Numbered from the stretch's first letter, positions 8,070 through 18,613 are shown. The stretch is DNA of 64,000 nucleotides from an uncultured Acidobacteriota bacterium (GCA_963716925.1 CAVQUX010000025.1:656751-720750), one strand, 5' to 3'. Made by a program: numbers and translations. The notes: generated by a model not told the origin, from the sequence alone.

Positions 8070-9497
8070 TCAGGGCAGGAACAGGAAGCAGGCGGCGAGG
8101 ATGAGCGTCGGGACGATCGCGCCGAGCGCGAGCATCAGGGGGAACACGCCCGAGGGGAAGAACCGTCCGAGAATCGCCTGCCCCGCGGGATTGGGCGCGT
8201 TGGCGATGACCGTGAGCCCGCCGGCGACCATGGCGCCCGAGACCACCGCATACTTGAGCTCCTCGGTGAGATTCGGCACGAGCGAGGCGAGATAGGTGAT
8301 GGCTGCGTTGTCGTTGAACGCGGTCAGCACCATGGCACCCGCGAACATCGGCAGGGCCGTGAGCCGGCTGAGAATCGGCTCGATCCACCACGACTGGAGC
8401 GAGCCGTGGATCACGAGCCCGGCGAGGAAGAATCCCACGAGAACCGGTGGACCCAGACGGAGCTCGCTCTGGTACGGCGCGGTCGCCTGCATGAACGCGA
8501 TGAGGAACAGGAGACCGCCGATGAACAGCACCGGAGTGTGCGCGGTGAGGACGGTCCAGCCGAGAAGCGAGAGGTGCACGGCCGTCACCGGAAGAGGCAC
8601 GCTCGGGCCTTCGTCTCCTCCGGCCGGGGCCGGTGCTTTCTCCGCGAGCTTCCGGAGCTCGGACCGGAACACCACGGCATAGAGGGCGTTCGCCGCGGCG
8701 ATTCCCACGATCGCCTTCCAGCCGAAGTGCCGCAGCATGTAGGCCGTGTCCCACCCGAACTTCTCGGCCACGATCAGAACCGGCGGAGCAGCGAAGTGCG
8801 TCAAGGTCCCGCCGACGGACACATCGACGAAGAGAAGCCCCAGCGTTCCATAGGCCAGCCGTCGCGACACTCCGAGCGAGTAGACGTAGCGCGCGAGGAG
8901 GAGAGCGCAGATGGTCATGGCCGCCGGTTCGGTGATGAGAGAGCCGAGGAGCGGGCCGAGCGTGAGGATCGAGATCCACCAGGCGAACGGCGTTCCGCCG
9001 AAGAGGCCGGCGACCATCCCCGTCGTCCGTTCCGCGAAGGACATCACCGGGCGGGTCGAGGCGATGGCCATGATCACCACCACGAACGCCGGCTCGGTGA
9101 AGTTCACGTGCTCCACGAAGGACTCCGCCGCGGGCCAACCCTTGACCAGGGCGATGACGGCGAGAAGGGGCACGACCCAGATGCCGAAGACCGCTTCCAC
9201 CTCGCCGAGCAGATGCGCCGCCTCCGCCTTGAAGCTGTGCTCGGTGTCCTTGGAGTGGAGCTCGTGCGCGAGCCGGGTGATCCGCGCCGCGAGGAGCGTA
9301 TGGAGGATCGCGAAAGCGAAGATCAGGCTCGCGACGAGGTTCAGGGGCTCTTCCCGCACGCGGGAGACGAGCACCTGGAAGAGCGAAAGCCCATCCTCTC
9401 CGGCATAGCTTTGGAGAGGCGGTGGAAAGACCTCGGCGGCGCTTCCCGGGCTCGCGAAAAGAATTCCGACGACGGCAAGGGGGGCGACGCGCCTCAT
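8070..9497 (-). CDS. Polytopic membrane permease, ArsB/NhaD-superfamily-like putative cation transporter
   Basis: It has about 12 TM helices and starts at MRRVAPLAVVGILFASPGSAA (ATG 9495-9497). It overlaps the upstream DUF502 stop in an ATGA arrangement. Confidence 0.7.
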   Translation of the reverse strand: MRRVAPLAVVGILFASPGSAAEVFPPPLQSYAGEDGLSLFQVLVSRVREEPLNLVASLIFAFAILHTLLAARITRLAHELHSKDTEHSFKAEAAHLLGEVEAVFGIWVVPLLAVIALVKGWPAAESFVEHVNFTEPAFVVVIMAIASTRPVMSFAERTTGMVAGLFGGTPFAWWISILTLGPLLGSLITEPAAMTICALLLARYVYSLGVSRRLAYGTLGLLFVDVSVGGTLTHFAAPPVLIVAEKFGWDTAYMLRHFGWKAIVGIAAANALYAVVFRSELRKLAEKAPAPAGGDEGPSVPLPVTAVHLSLLGWTVLTAHTPVLFIGGLLFLIAFMQATAPYQSELRLGPPVLVGFFLAGLVIHGSLQSWWIEPILSRLTALPMFAGAMVLTAFNDNAAITYLASLVPNLTEELKYAVVSGAMVAGGLTVIANAPNPAGQAILGRFFPSGVFPLMLALGAIVPTLILAACFLFLP

Positions 9498-10141
9498 TCT
9501 CGTGGGGCGGCGGCCACCGGAGCAAGCTCCTTGGAAGCGCTCTGCTCCCGGATGGTTTCGGGGAAGGCCGTTCCGCCGGTCAGCGTGATGCGCACGGCTT
9601 CCTCCACCGTCAGATCGGAGAAGCGGATCTCGGCGCGCGGATAGCAGAGGACCGTCCCCAGATGGAGGTGATTCGTCGGGACGTAGACCGCCCCCCATGC
9701 TTCCCGTTCTCCGTTCACGTTTTGAATCTGGAACTCGCGCGTCAGGAATCCCAGCGCGACGCCCGTCGGTCCGGCGTAGGGCACCAGCACCACTCGCTTG
9801 AATCCGGACGCGTTCTCGGGAGAGAAAGCGGTCACGAGCTGCCTCACGGGAACGTAGATGTCTTTGAAAAGAGGAATCCTCGCCACGACCTGCTCACCCC
9901 GCCGGAGGATCCGGGACCCGACGACGGTGGTGGCGATGAGCCCCACGGTGGTCACCAGGACCAGCGCCGAGGCGAACCCGAGGCCCGGGAGGCTTTCTCC
10001 CGGAAGCCAGTCGAGGAGCGGGCTCATCGTTCCTTCGATGAGGCGCGCGACCCACACCAGCGTCATGCCGCTCACCAGGAGGGGAAGCACCACCAGGAGG
10101 CCGGCGATGACGCTCTTCTTGAATCGTTTGCCGGAGATCAT
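9494..10141 (-). CDS. DUF502-family membrane protein
   Basis: It has two N-terminal TM helices and conserved DUF502 blocks (RIPLFKDIYVPVRQL, VVLVPYAGPTGVALGFLT). Confidence 0.8.
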   Translation of the reverse strand: MISGKRFKKSVIAGLLVVLPLLVSGMTLVWVARLIEGTMSPLLDWLPGESLPGLGFASALVLVTTVGLIATTVVGSRILRRGEQVVARIPLFKDIYVPVRQLVTAFSPENASGFKRVVLVPYAGPTGVALGFLTREFQIQNVNGEREAWGAVYVPTNHLHLGTVLCYPRAEIRFSDLTVEEAVRITLTGGTAFPETIREQSASKELAPVAAAPRE

Positions 10142-10161
10142 CGGACGAGTCTAGCGCACCC

Positions 10162-11583
10162 TCAGGTGAGGATCTTTCGCACGACCTCCCCCTTCACGTC
10201 CGTCAGCCGGAAGTCCCTCCCAAGGAACTTGAAGGTGAGCCGCGTGTGATCGATGCCGAGGAGATACAGCATCGTCGCGTGCAGGTCGTGGACCGAGACC
10301 ACGTCTTCGACCGCGTGATAGCCGAGATCGTCCGTCGCACCATGGCTCACACCGCCTCTGACCCCGCCTCCCGCGAGCCACATCGAGAAGCCTTTGATAT
10401 GGTGGTCCCGTCCGTCGCTCTGGGCCATCGGCGTCCGTCCGAACTCCCCTCCCCAGAGGACCAGGGTCTCGTCGAGCATGCCCCGCTCCTTCAAGTCCTT
10501 CACCAGCGCCGCCGACGCCCGGTCGGTCTCGTTCGCCTTCATCACGATGTCGGGCCGGATCCGGCTGTGGTGGTCCCAGTCGCGATGGTAGAGCTGGATG
10601 AAGCGCACCCCGCGCTCCGCGAGCCGGCGCGCCAGGAGACAGTTCGACGCGAACGAGCCGTCCATCTCCGAGACTCCGTAAGCCTCGCGCACCGAGGCCG
10701 GCTCGTTCGAGAAGTCGGTGAGCGCGGGGACGCTCGACTGCATCCGGAACGCCATCTCGTACTGGCTGAGTCGGGCGGCGATCTCCGGGTCGTCTATCCA
10801 GTCCGGGCTCGAGCGGGTGAGGGCGGAAACCGCGTCGATGACGTCGCGCTGGTCCGACGCCGTCACTCCCTCTGGGTTTCGGAGGTACAGGACGGCATCG
10901 CCCTTCGATCGGAACTGCACTCCCTGAAATCGGCTCGGGAGGAAACCGCTGTGCCACTGCCGGGCGGCGATGGGCTGCATCTGTCCGCCCCGTCCCTGGG
11001 ACACCAGGACCACGAATCCGGGCAGATCCTCGGCTTCGGAGCCGAGACCGTACCAGATCCAGGAACCCGCGGAGGGCCGTCCGGAAATCTGGGTCCCGGT
11101 GTTCATGAAGGTATGGGCGGGATCGTGGTTGATCTGCTCCGTCTGCAGGGACCGTACGATCGCGATCTCGTCGGAGATTCCGCCGATTTGGGGCAGGAGC
11201 GTCGAGATCTCCTGGCCCGAATCTCCGTAGCGCTGGAACGGGTGCTGCGGTCCGAAGCACTTGAGAGGCTGCCCCTGGAGCTGGGCGATCGGCTGTCCCT
11301 CGGTGAACGAGAGGGGCATGGGCTGTCCATCCATCGCCGCGAGCTTCGGCTTGTAGTCGAAGAGCTCGAGGTGGGATGGCCCCCCCGCCTGGTAGAGCTG
11401 GATCACCCTTTTTGCTCTCGGAGGGAAATGAAGCGGACGAACCACTCCCTCCGCTCGCTGCTGCCCGCGCGCGGAAAGAGACGAGAACGCGAGGGCCCCG
11501 AGCCCCATCCCCGAGCGGGACAGGAACGCCCGCCGCGTCCAGCGCCTTCGAAACTCGGTGACGTCGTCGGTCAGTATCTCCAT
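10162..11583 (-). CDS. DUF1501 (sulfatase-like) protein with Tat-type leader
   Basis: The leader RRAFLSRSGMGLGALAFSS is followed by DUF1501 blocks (GGPSHLELFDYKP, DHHSRIRPD). This family is the usual partner of DUF1553 proteins. Confidence 0.85.
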   Translation of the reverse strand: MEILTDDVTEFRRRWTRRAFLSRSGMGLGALAFSSLSARGQQRAEGVVRPLHFPPRAKRVIQLYQAGGPSHLELFDYKPKLAAMDGQPMPLSFTEGQPIAQLQGQPLKCFGPQHPFQRYGDSGQEISTLLPQIGGISDEIAIVRSLQTEQINHDPAHTFMNTGTQISGRPSAGSWIWYGLGSEAEDLPGFVVLVSQGRGGQMQPIAARQWHSGFLPSRFQGVQFRSKGDAVLYLRNPEGVTASDQRDVIDAVSALTRSSPDWIDDPEIAARLSQYEMAFRMQSSVPALTDFSNEPASVREAYGVSEMDGSFASNCLLARRLAERGVRFIQLYHRDWDHHSRIRPDIVMKANETDRASAALVKDLKERGMLDETLVLWGGEFGRTPMAQSDGRDHHIKGFSMWLAGGGVRGGVSHGATDDLGYHAVEDVVSVHDLHATMLYLLGIDHTRLTFKFLGRDFRLTDVKGEVVRKILT

Positions 11584-11599
11584 CTCGTCTCTCCGCGGC

Positions 11600-14500
11600 T
11601 CACGGCCGAGTGATGAGCTCGGGAAGGTTCAGGATCGCCCGCGCCACTGTGAACCAGTCCCGACGCTTCTCGTAGAGCCCGCGCAGAACCAGGACCTCTT
11701 CTTCCCCCGGCGGGCGCGAGAGAGCGCGCCGGAAGGCCCAGTCGATTCGCGCCTCGAAGGACTCCCCGCCCTCGTCCTGGATTCTTCGGGCGAAAGCCCG
11801 GGCGGCTTCGACGTACGTGGGATCGTTGAGAAGCGCCAGCGCCTGCTGCGGCACGTTGGAGCGCGTGCGTTCCGCGACGCACTCCTCCCTCGTGGGAGCG
11901 TCGAAGGCGAGAAGGCTCGGGTGCAGGAACGACCGCTGCCACCAGGTGTAGAGACCGCGGCGATACTGGTCCTCGCCGCTGGAGTCGTCCCACTCCCGCG
12001 GAGGAAAGTTGAGAAACGACCAGTAGCCCGGCGGCTGGTGAGGATAGACGCTCGGCCCGCCCACCTTCAGCGAGAGCAGGCCGGAGACGGCGAGCGCGTT
12101 GTCGCGCACCGTCTCGGCGTCGAGGCGGATCCTCGACTGGCGGGCGTAGAGACGATCGTAGGGATCGCGCTCCAGAAGCTCCTTCGAAGCGATCGACGAG
12201 CGTCGATAGGCTTTCGAGATGACGAGGGTGCGGACGAGATGCTTCACGTCCCACCCGCTATCGACGAGCTCGACGGCGAGCGCGTCGAGAAGCTCCGGAT
12301 GCGTGGGCCACTCCCCCTGCGTTCCCAGGTCCTCGAGAGTTCGCGAGAGTCCCTGGCCGAAGAAGAGCTTCCAGAGACGGTTGGCCAGTACGCGCGCGGT
12401 AAGGGGATTCTCGGAGGAGACCAGCCACCTGGCGAGGTCGAGCCGCGTGGCCCGGCGCCCCCCGGTCTCGATCTGTGGAAGGAAGTGAGGAACCGCGGGC
12501 TCGACCACGGGACCGGTATCGTCGAGCCAGTTGCCCCGGGGAAGAACGCGCACGGGCTCGGGCTCGCGGGTGGTGGTGATGTAGGACCGGGGAATGGCCG
12601 CGAGGAGCTCGTTCCGCTGGAGCTCCGCCGAACGAAGCCGCGTGCGGAGCTGCGCGAGCTCGGGCGCTGTCCCCCGGTAGTACATCTCGAGCTCTTCCTG
12701 CTGCAGCGGTGTTCGCTCAGAGCGAGGTGTCTCCGCGATCGCCTTGAGGTCGCGTGAGACTCCGGGACCGAGATCGCGGCAGACGGGCTCGCTGCTGGAG
12801 GTGGCGGATACCCGGAACCGTCCCAGGGTCCGCTCTTCGCCCGCATCCTGGCGAAGCACGAGGGTGAACGTCGTCTCTGGTTTCGTGCCTGCAGGTGAAA
12901 CCGTCTCGAGGATGAGGCGATGAGTTTCTCCGTCCGCCTCGGCGAGGACCCAGGGACCGGCCTCCGAGCGAAGGCGGATCGGGGAATTCCCTTCGTCGAG
13001 AATCTCGATGCCAGAGACCAAGAATCCGCCCGCGGGGTCTCGGCCCGGCCCGCCTCTGGGAAGCTCCTCGAATGGAACCGCCTCGAAGCGGAACGCGGTG
13101 ATATCCCGAAGCGCGGTCGTGAAGCGGACGGTGTAGGTATCCGCAGGGAGCTTCGGTCCGTTCGCGGTCGTGGCGATGAGGGAGAAGTCGTTCCCCTGGA
13201 TGAGGACCCGGGTCCCGTTCTTCGATGAGACCGACACCGGCTCGAGCGTCGTCCAGCAGACCGGCGTCTTTCGGATCGTCTCTTCCCAGGCCGCGTCCGG
13301 CGTCTTCACCTTCAGCTCGTCCCAGATGCGCTCGACTTCCGCCTCGAGCGCTTCGAAGAGCGGACGCTCCGCATCGCCCGGAAGCGCCGTCGGCTTCCGG
13401 CGCCCGACGGGATCTTCGACGACGTCGGCGAAGAACGCGCCGAAGCTGTAGAAGTCCTTCGCGAGGTAGGGATCGAACTTGTGGTCGTGACACTGGGCGC
13501 AGCCGAGGGTGGCCCCGAGCCACACGGTTGAGACGTTCCGCACCCGGTCCGCGAGATAGATGGCGCGATACTCCTTCGGCTGAGCGCCCCCTTCCTCGGT
13601 GGTCTGCAGGAGGCGGTTGTATCCGGAGGCGATCTTCTGCTCGAACGTCGGCGCCTCGAGCAGATCGCCCGCGATCTGCTCGAGGGTGAAGCGATCGAAG
13701 GGAACGTTCCGATTGAACTCCGAGACCACCCAATCCCGATACCGCCAGAGCGGACGGGAGTTGTCGCTGTGATAGCCGACGCTGTCGGCGTAGCGGACGA
13801 GGTCGAGCCAGTAGGCGGCCATGCGCTCGCCGTAGTGCTTCGAGGCGAGAAGACGGTCGACCTGCTTCTCGTAGGCGTCGGAGCTCTCGTCGGACTCGAA
13901 AGCCCGCACCTCTTCCGGAGTCGGCGGAAGACCCGTGAGGTCGAAGCTCAGCCTCCGGAGGAGCTCGTACCTCTTCGCCTCGGGCGCCGCGACCAGGCCC
14001 TCGCGCGCGATCGCGGCTTCGAGGAAACCGTCCACGGAGCTTTCGACCGCCCTGGACGGTGGGACGTAGGACCAGTGCGGCTCCCACGGGGCCCCATCCT
14101 CGATCCACCGCCGGAGCGTATCGATCGAAGCGGCGGGCAATCGGGGCTTTCCGCTCGCGAGCGCCGGCATGCGCTGGCTGTCGTCGGGGTGGGTCACGCG
14201 CGAGAGAAGAGCGCTCCGTTCGGGAGCGCCGGGAACGATGGCCACGTTCCCCGAAGGAAGCGTCGCCTTCGCCGCCTCCTCGCGGTCGAGCCGGAGACCG
14301 GCTTGACGCTGGTTTCGATCGGGACCATGGCAGGAGTAGCACTCGGCGAGGATCGGACGCACGTCGCGATTGAAGCGCCAGCCGTTCGTGGCCGCCGCCG
14401 CTGGCTGCGCCGGAGGAGAGCTCTCCGGCCAGGACGCGCCCTCGTCGATCCACCGGCGGAGGACGTCGATCTCCGCGGCGGTCAGCGGCTCCCGGTACCA

Positions 14501-14761
14501 GGGCATGCGCAGCTCGGGGTCGGAAGATACGATTCGCTGATACAGGAGGCTCGCGCCGGCGTTGGCGGGGACGACCACATTTCCCGAAGCACCTCCGGAA
14601 AGGAATCGCTCGCGGCGGTCGAGCCGAAGCCCCGCCTCTTCCAGCGCCGGTCCGTGACATTCGAAGCAGGACCGCTCGAGGATCGGCCTCACGTCGCGCG
14701 CGAAGTCGATTCCTCCCGAAGGCGGCTGCGGGATCGCGAGGAGCAGGAAAAGTGGATTCAT
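11600..14761 (-). CDS. PSCyt1/PSCyt2/PSD1 (DUF1549/DUF1553) planctomycete-type cytochrome-c-domain protein
   Basis: It is 1053 aa. Two CxxCH heme motifs sit in PSCyt domains (CFECHGP, CYSCHGP), followed by DUF1553-like (CAQCHDHKFDP) and DUF1549-like regions. Confidence 0.85.
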   Translation of the reverse strand: MNPLFLLLAIPQPPSGGIDFARDVRPILERSCFECHGPALEEAGLRLDRRERFLSGGASGNVVVPANAGASLLYQRIVSSDPELRMPWYREPLTAAEIDVLRRWIDEGASWPESSPPAQPAAAATNGWRFNRDVRPILAECYSCHGPDRNQRQAGLRLDREEAAKATLPSGNVAIVPGAPERSALLSRVTHPDDSQRMPALASGKPRLPAASIDTLRRWIEDGAPWEPHWSYVPPSRAVESSVDGFLEAAIAREGLVAAPEAKRYELLRRLSFDLTGLPPTPEEVRAFESDESSDAYEKQVDRLLASKHYGERMAAYWLDLVRYADSVGYHSDNSRPLWRYRDWVVSEFNRNVPFDRFTLEQIAGDLLEAPTFEQKIASGYNRLLQTTEEGGAQPKEYRAIYLADRVRNVSTVWLGATLGCAQCHDHKFDPYLAKDFYSFGAFFADVVEDPVGRRKPTALPGDAERPLFEALEAEVERIWDELKVKTPDAAWEETIRKTPVCWTTLEPVSVSSKNGTRVLIQGNDFSLIATTANGPKLPADTYTVRFTTALRDITAFRFEAVPFEELPRGGPGRDPAGGFLVSGIEILDEGNSPIRLRSEAGPWVLAEADGETHRLILETVSPAGTKPETTFTLVLRQDAGEERTLGRFRVSATSSSEPVCRDLGPGVSRDLKAIAETPRSERTPLQQEELEMYYRGTAPELAQLRTRLRSAELQRNELLAAIPRSYITTTREPEPVRVLPRGNWLDDTGPVVEPAVPHFLPQIETGGRRATRLDLARWLVSSENPLTARVLANRLWKLFFGQGLSRTLEDLGTQGEWPTHPELLDALAVELVDSGWDVKHLVRTLVISKAYRRSSIASKELLERDPYDRLYARQSRIRLDAETVRDNALAVSGLLSLKVGGPSVYPHQPPGYWSFLNFPPREWDDSSGEDQYRRGLYTWWQRSFLHPSLLAFDAPTREECVAERTRSNVPQQALALLNDPTYVEAARAFARRIQDEGGESFEARIDWAFRRALSRPPGEEEVLVLRGLYEKRRDWFTVARAILNLPELITRP

Positions 14762-14796
14762 GAGACGACTCCGAACGGCGATAGAGTATACGCGAC

Positions 14797-15303
14797 GTGC
14801 GCGTTCGCGACATCGATTGGGAGACCTGGCGGGCCAAGGATCCGGCGACCCTGGTGTTCGTGGTCAAGGACGCTTCGGTCCTTCTCATCCGCAAGAAGCG
14901 CGGCCTCGGCGCAGGGAAGATCAACGCCCCCGGGGGGCGCCTCGAGCCGGGAGAGACACCCCTCGAAGCCGCGATTCGCGAGACCCGCGAGGAGGTCTGC
15001 ATCACGCCCCTGGATTTGACCTATGCCGGTGTGAATCTGTTCCAGTTCGTCGACGGCTATTCCATCCACGTCCACGTCTTCAAAGCGCGCGATTTCGAAG
15101 GAGAGCCGAAAGAGACGGATGAAGCGACCCCTCTCTGGGCGCCGGTCGACGCCATCCCCTACGAGGAGATGTGGGAGGACGATCGGCTGTGGATTCCGCT
15201 GGTTCTCGAGGGCGTCTCGTTCTCCGGAAGATACGTCTTCGACGGAGATCGGATGCTCGACCACGCGCTCGATCTGGAATCCGCGCACCCACCGAGCGCC
15301 TGA
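14797..15303 (+). CDS. NUDIX hydrolase
   Basis: It carries the Nudix box GGRLEPGETPLEAAIRETREEVCI. Confidence 0.85.
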   Translation: MRVRDIDWETWRAKDPATLVFVVKDASVLLIRKKRGLGAGKINAPGGRLEPGETPLEAAIRETREEVCITPLDLTYAGVNLFQFVDGYSIHVHVFKARDFEGEPKETDEATPLWAPVDAIPYEEMWEDDRLWIPLVLEGVSFSGRYVFDGDRMLDHALDLESAHPPSA

Positions 15304-16937
15304 TGGGAGAGGACGGCGCCAAGCTGCGCGAGCCGCTGGTCTTCGCCCTCTTTCTCGCGGGAGCGATGGCCTTCACCTATCCGCTGGTTGCGAACCTCCG
15401 GACCGCCGTCACCGACCACGTGGATCCTCTGCTGGACGCCTGGACGCTCGCCTGGACCGCGCACCAACTGCCTCGGGATCCGGTCCACCTCTACGACGCC
15501 AATCGCTTCTATCCCGAGAAGGGCACCTTCGCTTTCCACGATCCCATGGTCGCTCTCGGCGCCCTGCTCGCACCGGTCCAGTGGATTTCCGGCGAGCCCG
15601 TCCTGACTCTGAACCTCGGGATGCTGCTCTCGCTGGCGCTTTCCGGATACGGCGCCTATCGACTCGGCGCCAGCGTTACCGGCTCGAGGGGTGCGGGAGC
15701 CGTCGGGGGAAGCGTCTTCGCGTTCAACGCCTACCGCATGGATCACCTCGCCCACATGCAGCTCCAGTCGACGGGCTTCATCCCGCTCCTCTACCTTTGC
15801 CTCCGACGTTTCCTCGAGGACGGCCGCATCGCGCATGCGGTCGGGGTCGCGGTGTTCCTCTGGCTGACGTCGGCCTCGTCCGCCTACTACGGAATGTTCA
15901 CCTGGATTCTGCTGGCGGTCGCCGTTCCCTACGAGCTCTGGCGCACCGGCTCGATCCGACGACCCAGGAGAGTCCTGGGGCTTTTGCTCGCGCTGACCGT
16001 CTCCGGTCTCGCGTACCTCCCCCTGGCCCTGCCGTTCATGCGCCTGCGGAGCGACTTTGGCCTCGAACGGCCGCTCACGACGGTCCAGCGCGCCTCGGCC
16101 CGACCCGGCGACTACTTTCGCTCGGGATCGCACCTCCATGAGGCGCTGGGATTCCGACCGCCCTCGCCGGAGCGGAGTCTCTTTCCTGGAATCCTGGCGG
16201 TCGGCCTCGCCGCTCTCGCGCTCCTCCGGAGGAATCGCAGCATCGGCCTCTTCGTCGTCGTCGGCATCACCGCGTTCTGGGCGAGTCTCGGACCCGCATG
16301 GGGACTCTATCGCTTCCTCTACGCTTCCGTTCCCGGGCTCAGCGGAGTGCGCGTTCCGCCGCGGATGGCGATCTACGTCCTGATGTCGGTGGCGATCCTC
16401 GCCGCCCAGGGGGCCGCCCTCGTCCTCCGGCGCGCGCCGGCACGCGCTCGCGGATGGGTCGTGGCGATGCTCGCGTCGATCCCGCTCGTCGAATCGTTCT
16501 CGGGTCCGATCGGCTATACCCGGGCGCCCCCTATCCCCGCGGTCTACGAGTGGGTGGCCCGGCTCCCGGAGAAGACCCCGCTCGTCGAGCTTCCCTTACC
16601 CGGGGTCAAGCTCCAGCGCGACAATGCCGTCTACCTCTTCTGGTCCACCATGCACTTTCAGCCGCTGGCGAACGGCTACGGCACGGTGGTGCCTCCGGTG
16701 TACGCCGAGATCGCCGCGGCGCTCGAGGATTTCCCCAGCGCTTCGGGAGTCGCGAAGCTCACCGAGTTCGGGTTTCGCTACGTCATCTTCCACAAGGACC
16801 GCTTTCTTCGGTCACGAGCGCTTCAGATCGAACGGCGTCTCGATGCGGAGCCCGCCCTCGAGGAGACCCACCGGACCGAGGACGCTATCGTGTACGAGGT
16901 CTTGGCATTTCGATCCAAGGGATCACCGGGGAAATGA
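15303..16937 (+). CDS. Polytopic membrane protein (possible glycosyltransferase-like), function unknown
   Basis: The ATG at 15303 overlaps the NUDIX stop (TGATG), and the protein has multiple TM segments throughout. I recognised no family. Confidence 0.65.
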   Translation: MGEDGAKLREPLVFALFLAGAMAFTYPLVANLRTAVTDHVDPLLDAWTLAWTAHQLPRDPVHLYDANRFYPEKGTFAFHDPMVALGALLAPVQWISGEPVLTLNLGMLLSLALSGYGAYRLGASVTGSRGAGAVGGSVFAFNAYRMDHLAHMQLQSTGFIPLLYLCLRRFLEDGRIAHAVGVAVFLWLTSASSAYYGMFTWILLAVAVPYELWRTGSIRRPRRVLGLLLALTVSGLAYLPLALPFMRLRSDFGLERPLTTVQRASARPGDYFRSGSHLHEALGFRPPSPERSLFPGILAVGLAALALLRRNRSIGLFVVVGITAFWASLGPAWGLYRFLYASVPGLSGVRVPPRMAIYVLMSVAILAAQGAALVLRRAPARARGWVVAMLASIPLVESFSGPIGYTRAPPIPAVYEWVARLPEKTPLVELPLPGVKLQRDNAVYLFWSTMHFQPLANGYGTVVPPVYAEIAAALEDFPSASGVAKLTEFGFRYVIFHKDRFLRSRALQIERRLDAEPALEETHRTEDAIVYEVLAFRSKGSPGK

Positions 16938-17270
16938 CGACGCGGCCCTGTCCATGTAGCCCTCGCCCGAAAGTGCTTCCATCATCGCCACCAGGGCATC
17001 GACCTCCTCAGGGGTAGGGGTTCGCCTCACCGCCGCGGCCGGCGCCTTGCAGTTCTCCTTCTGGCCCTTGATGCCGGTGGAGACGGGCGTGGGCTCGGAG
17101 AAAGCGTTCTCCGGCTTGTGGCAGGTGGCGCAGGCGATGGTGTGTCGGCGGAGAGACGCGTGTCGCAATAGAGCCACCGGCCGAGCCGCACCCGCTCCGG
17201 GTCGGCGGATCCGTGAGCTCGCTGAAGGGCAACAGACCCACGAGGGTATACTCTCCGCCGTGAGCTTCAC
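16923..17270 (-). pseudogene. Remnant of di-heme cytochrome c peroxidase (CCP/MauG family)
   Basis: The fragment has CATCHKPENAFSEPTPVSTGIKGQ (a CxxCH motif in typical CCP context) and a CCP-like C-terminus PEEVDALVAMMEALSGEGY. It is only about 115 aa against roughly 330 aa expected. Confidence 0.5.
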
Positions 17271-18613
17271 CCTGGGCGATTTCCTCGTGGAGCCGTCGCT
17301 TCATCGAATCTCGAAGGGGGTCGAGTCGCGGCACCTCGAGCCGAAAGTCATGGAGCTCCTCGTTCTTCTCGCCAGCCGTCCGGGCGACGTCTTCACCAAG
17401 GAGGAGATCTCGGAGCGGCTCTGGCCCGGGACCTTCGTCTCCGAGAGCTCGCTCTTCCGCCACGTTTCCGAGCTGCGGCGGCTTCTCGGCGACGATCGAA
17501 GTCGGCCTCGATACGTTGCCACGATTCCCAAGAAGGGCTATCGCCTCGTGGCCTCACTGTCTCCGGCGCGAGAAGAGAGCCCGCGAATTTCCAGACGCCT
17601 TTCCCGGGCCGCGGTTCTCGTCTCGCTCTCCGCCCTCGCCGTTTCCGTCGCGGTCGTCTCGTCGCGAACGGGCTCTGGTCCCGCTTCCCCGGAGGCCTAC
17701 GCGGCGTTTCTCAAAGGCGACCTCTACGAGAACCGCATCGACTGCGGCTCGTTCGATTGGTCCCTCGCAGCGTACCGCGAGGCGATTACGGAGGACGCGC
17801 GGTTCCTTCCGACCTACCCCAGGCTGCTGGAGGCGCTCGTCGCGACCGCGGTCCTCGGTTGCCAGCCTCCGGGTCCGCTGTTCGACGAGATTCGAGGCGC
17901 TCCTCGCGCGCGCCCGGGAGAACGGCCTCGATCCGGCGCGGTACGAGGCGGGGGCGGGCGCGCTCGCCTTCTGGCGCGACCGCGACGTCGACGGAGCTCT
18001 GAGGCGGTTCGAGGCCGGAGGCGAGGCCTCCGACCTGAGCTATGCGATGGCCCTCATCGCCTCGAGGCGGAACGAGGAGGCCGTCGGCGAGGCCCGGCGC
18101 GCTCTCGCGGAGCTTCCGGTCGACCTGGGAGAGAACTGGGCGATGGGGGGGGTTCTCTACTTCGCCGGACAGAATCCCGAGGCCATCGAGCAGCTTCGGG
18201 CGACTCTCGAGCTCTACCCCGACTTCCGGCCGGCGATGCAGATTCTGGCCCTCGCCTACTGGATGGCGGGGGACGCCGAGGCCGCGCTCGACCTCGCCGA
18301 GCGCAGCGAGCCGGAAGAGGGTTCACGCCTCAATCGCTTCGACGCGGTTCCCGGCTACATCTTCGCCGCAGCGGGACGGACGGCGAGAGCCCGACAGACC
18401 CTGGCGCTCTGGGAAGATCGGGCCGAGATCGAGTGGGTCCCGAGATCCTCTCTCGCGCTCCTTCATTACGCGCTCGGCGAGCGGCGCGAGGCGGAGCGTT
18501 GGCTCGAGGAGGCCAGGCGGGATTCCGATCCCTGGTTGGCGCTCGTTCCCCAGGATCCCGCGTTCCGGCCGTTCCTCGAAAGGAGCGCGTCAGCCTCGCC
18601 GCACGGCGAATAG
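17260..18613 (+). CDS. CadC/OmpR-type winged-helix regulator with TM segment and C-terminal TPR-like domain (frame disrupted near 17885)
   Basis: The N-terminal trans_reg_C domain (FTLGDFLVEPSLHRISK...RYVATIPKKGYRLVA) and a TM helix are in frame 1. The TPR-like C-terminus (AMQILALAYWMAGDAEAALDLAE) is in frame 2. Confidence 0.55.

Noticed and set aside
7632-9644. 670-aa plus-strand ORF at 7632..9644, antisense to the ArsB/NhaD-like permease
   Set aside because: Its R/E/H/G-rich composition and the intact 12-TM protein on the other strand mark it as a GC artefact.
12717-15005. 762-aa minus-strand ORF at 12717..15005 overlapping the DUF1553 gene
   Set aside because: Its composition is R/G/S-rich with no motifs. 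The real gene is the 1053-aa PSCyt/DUF1553 frame.
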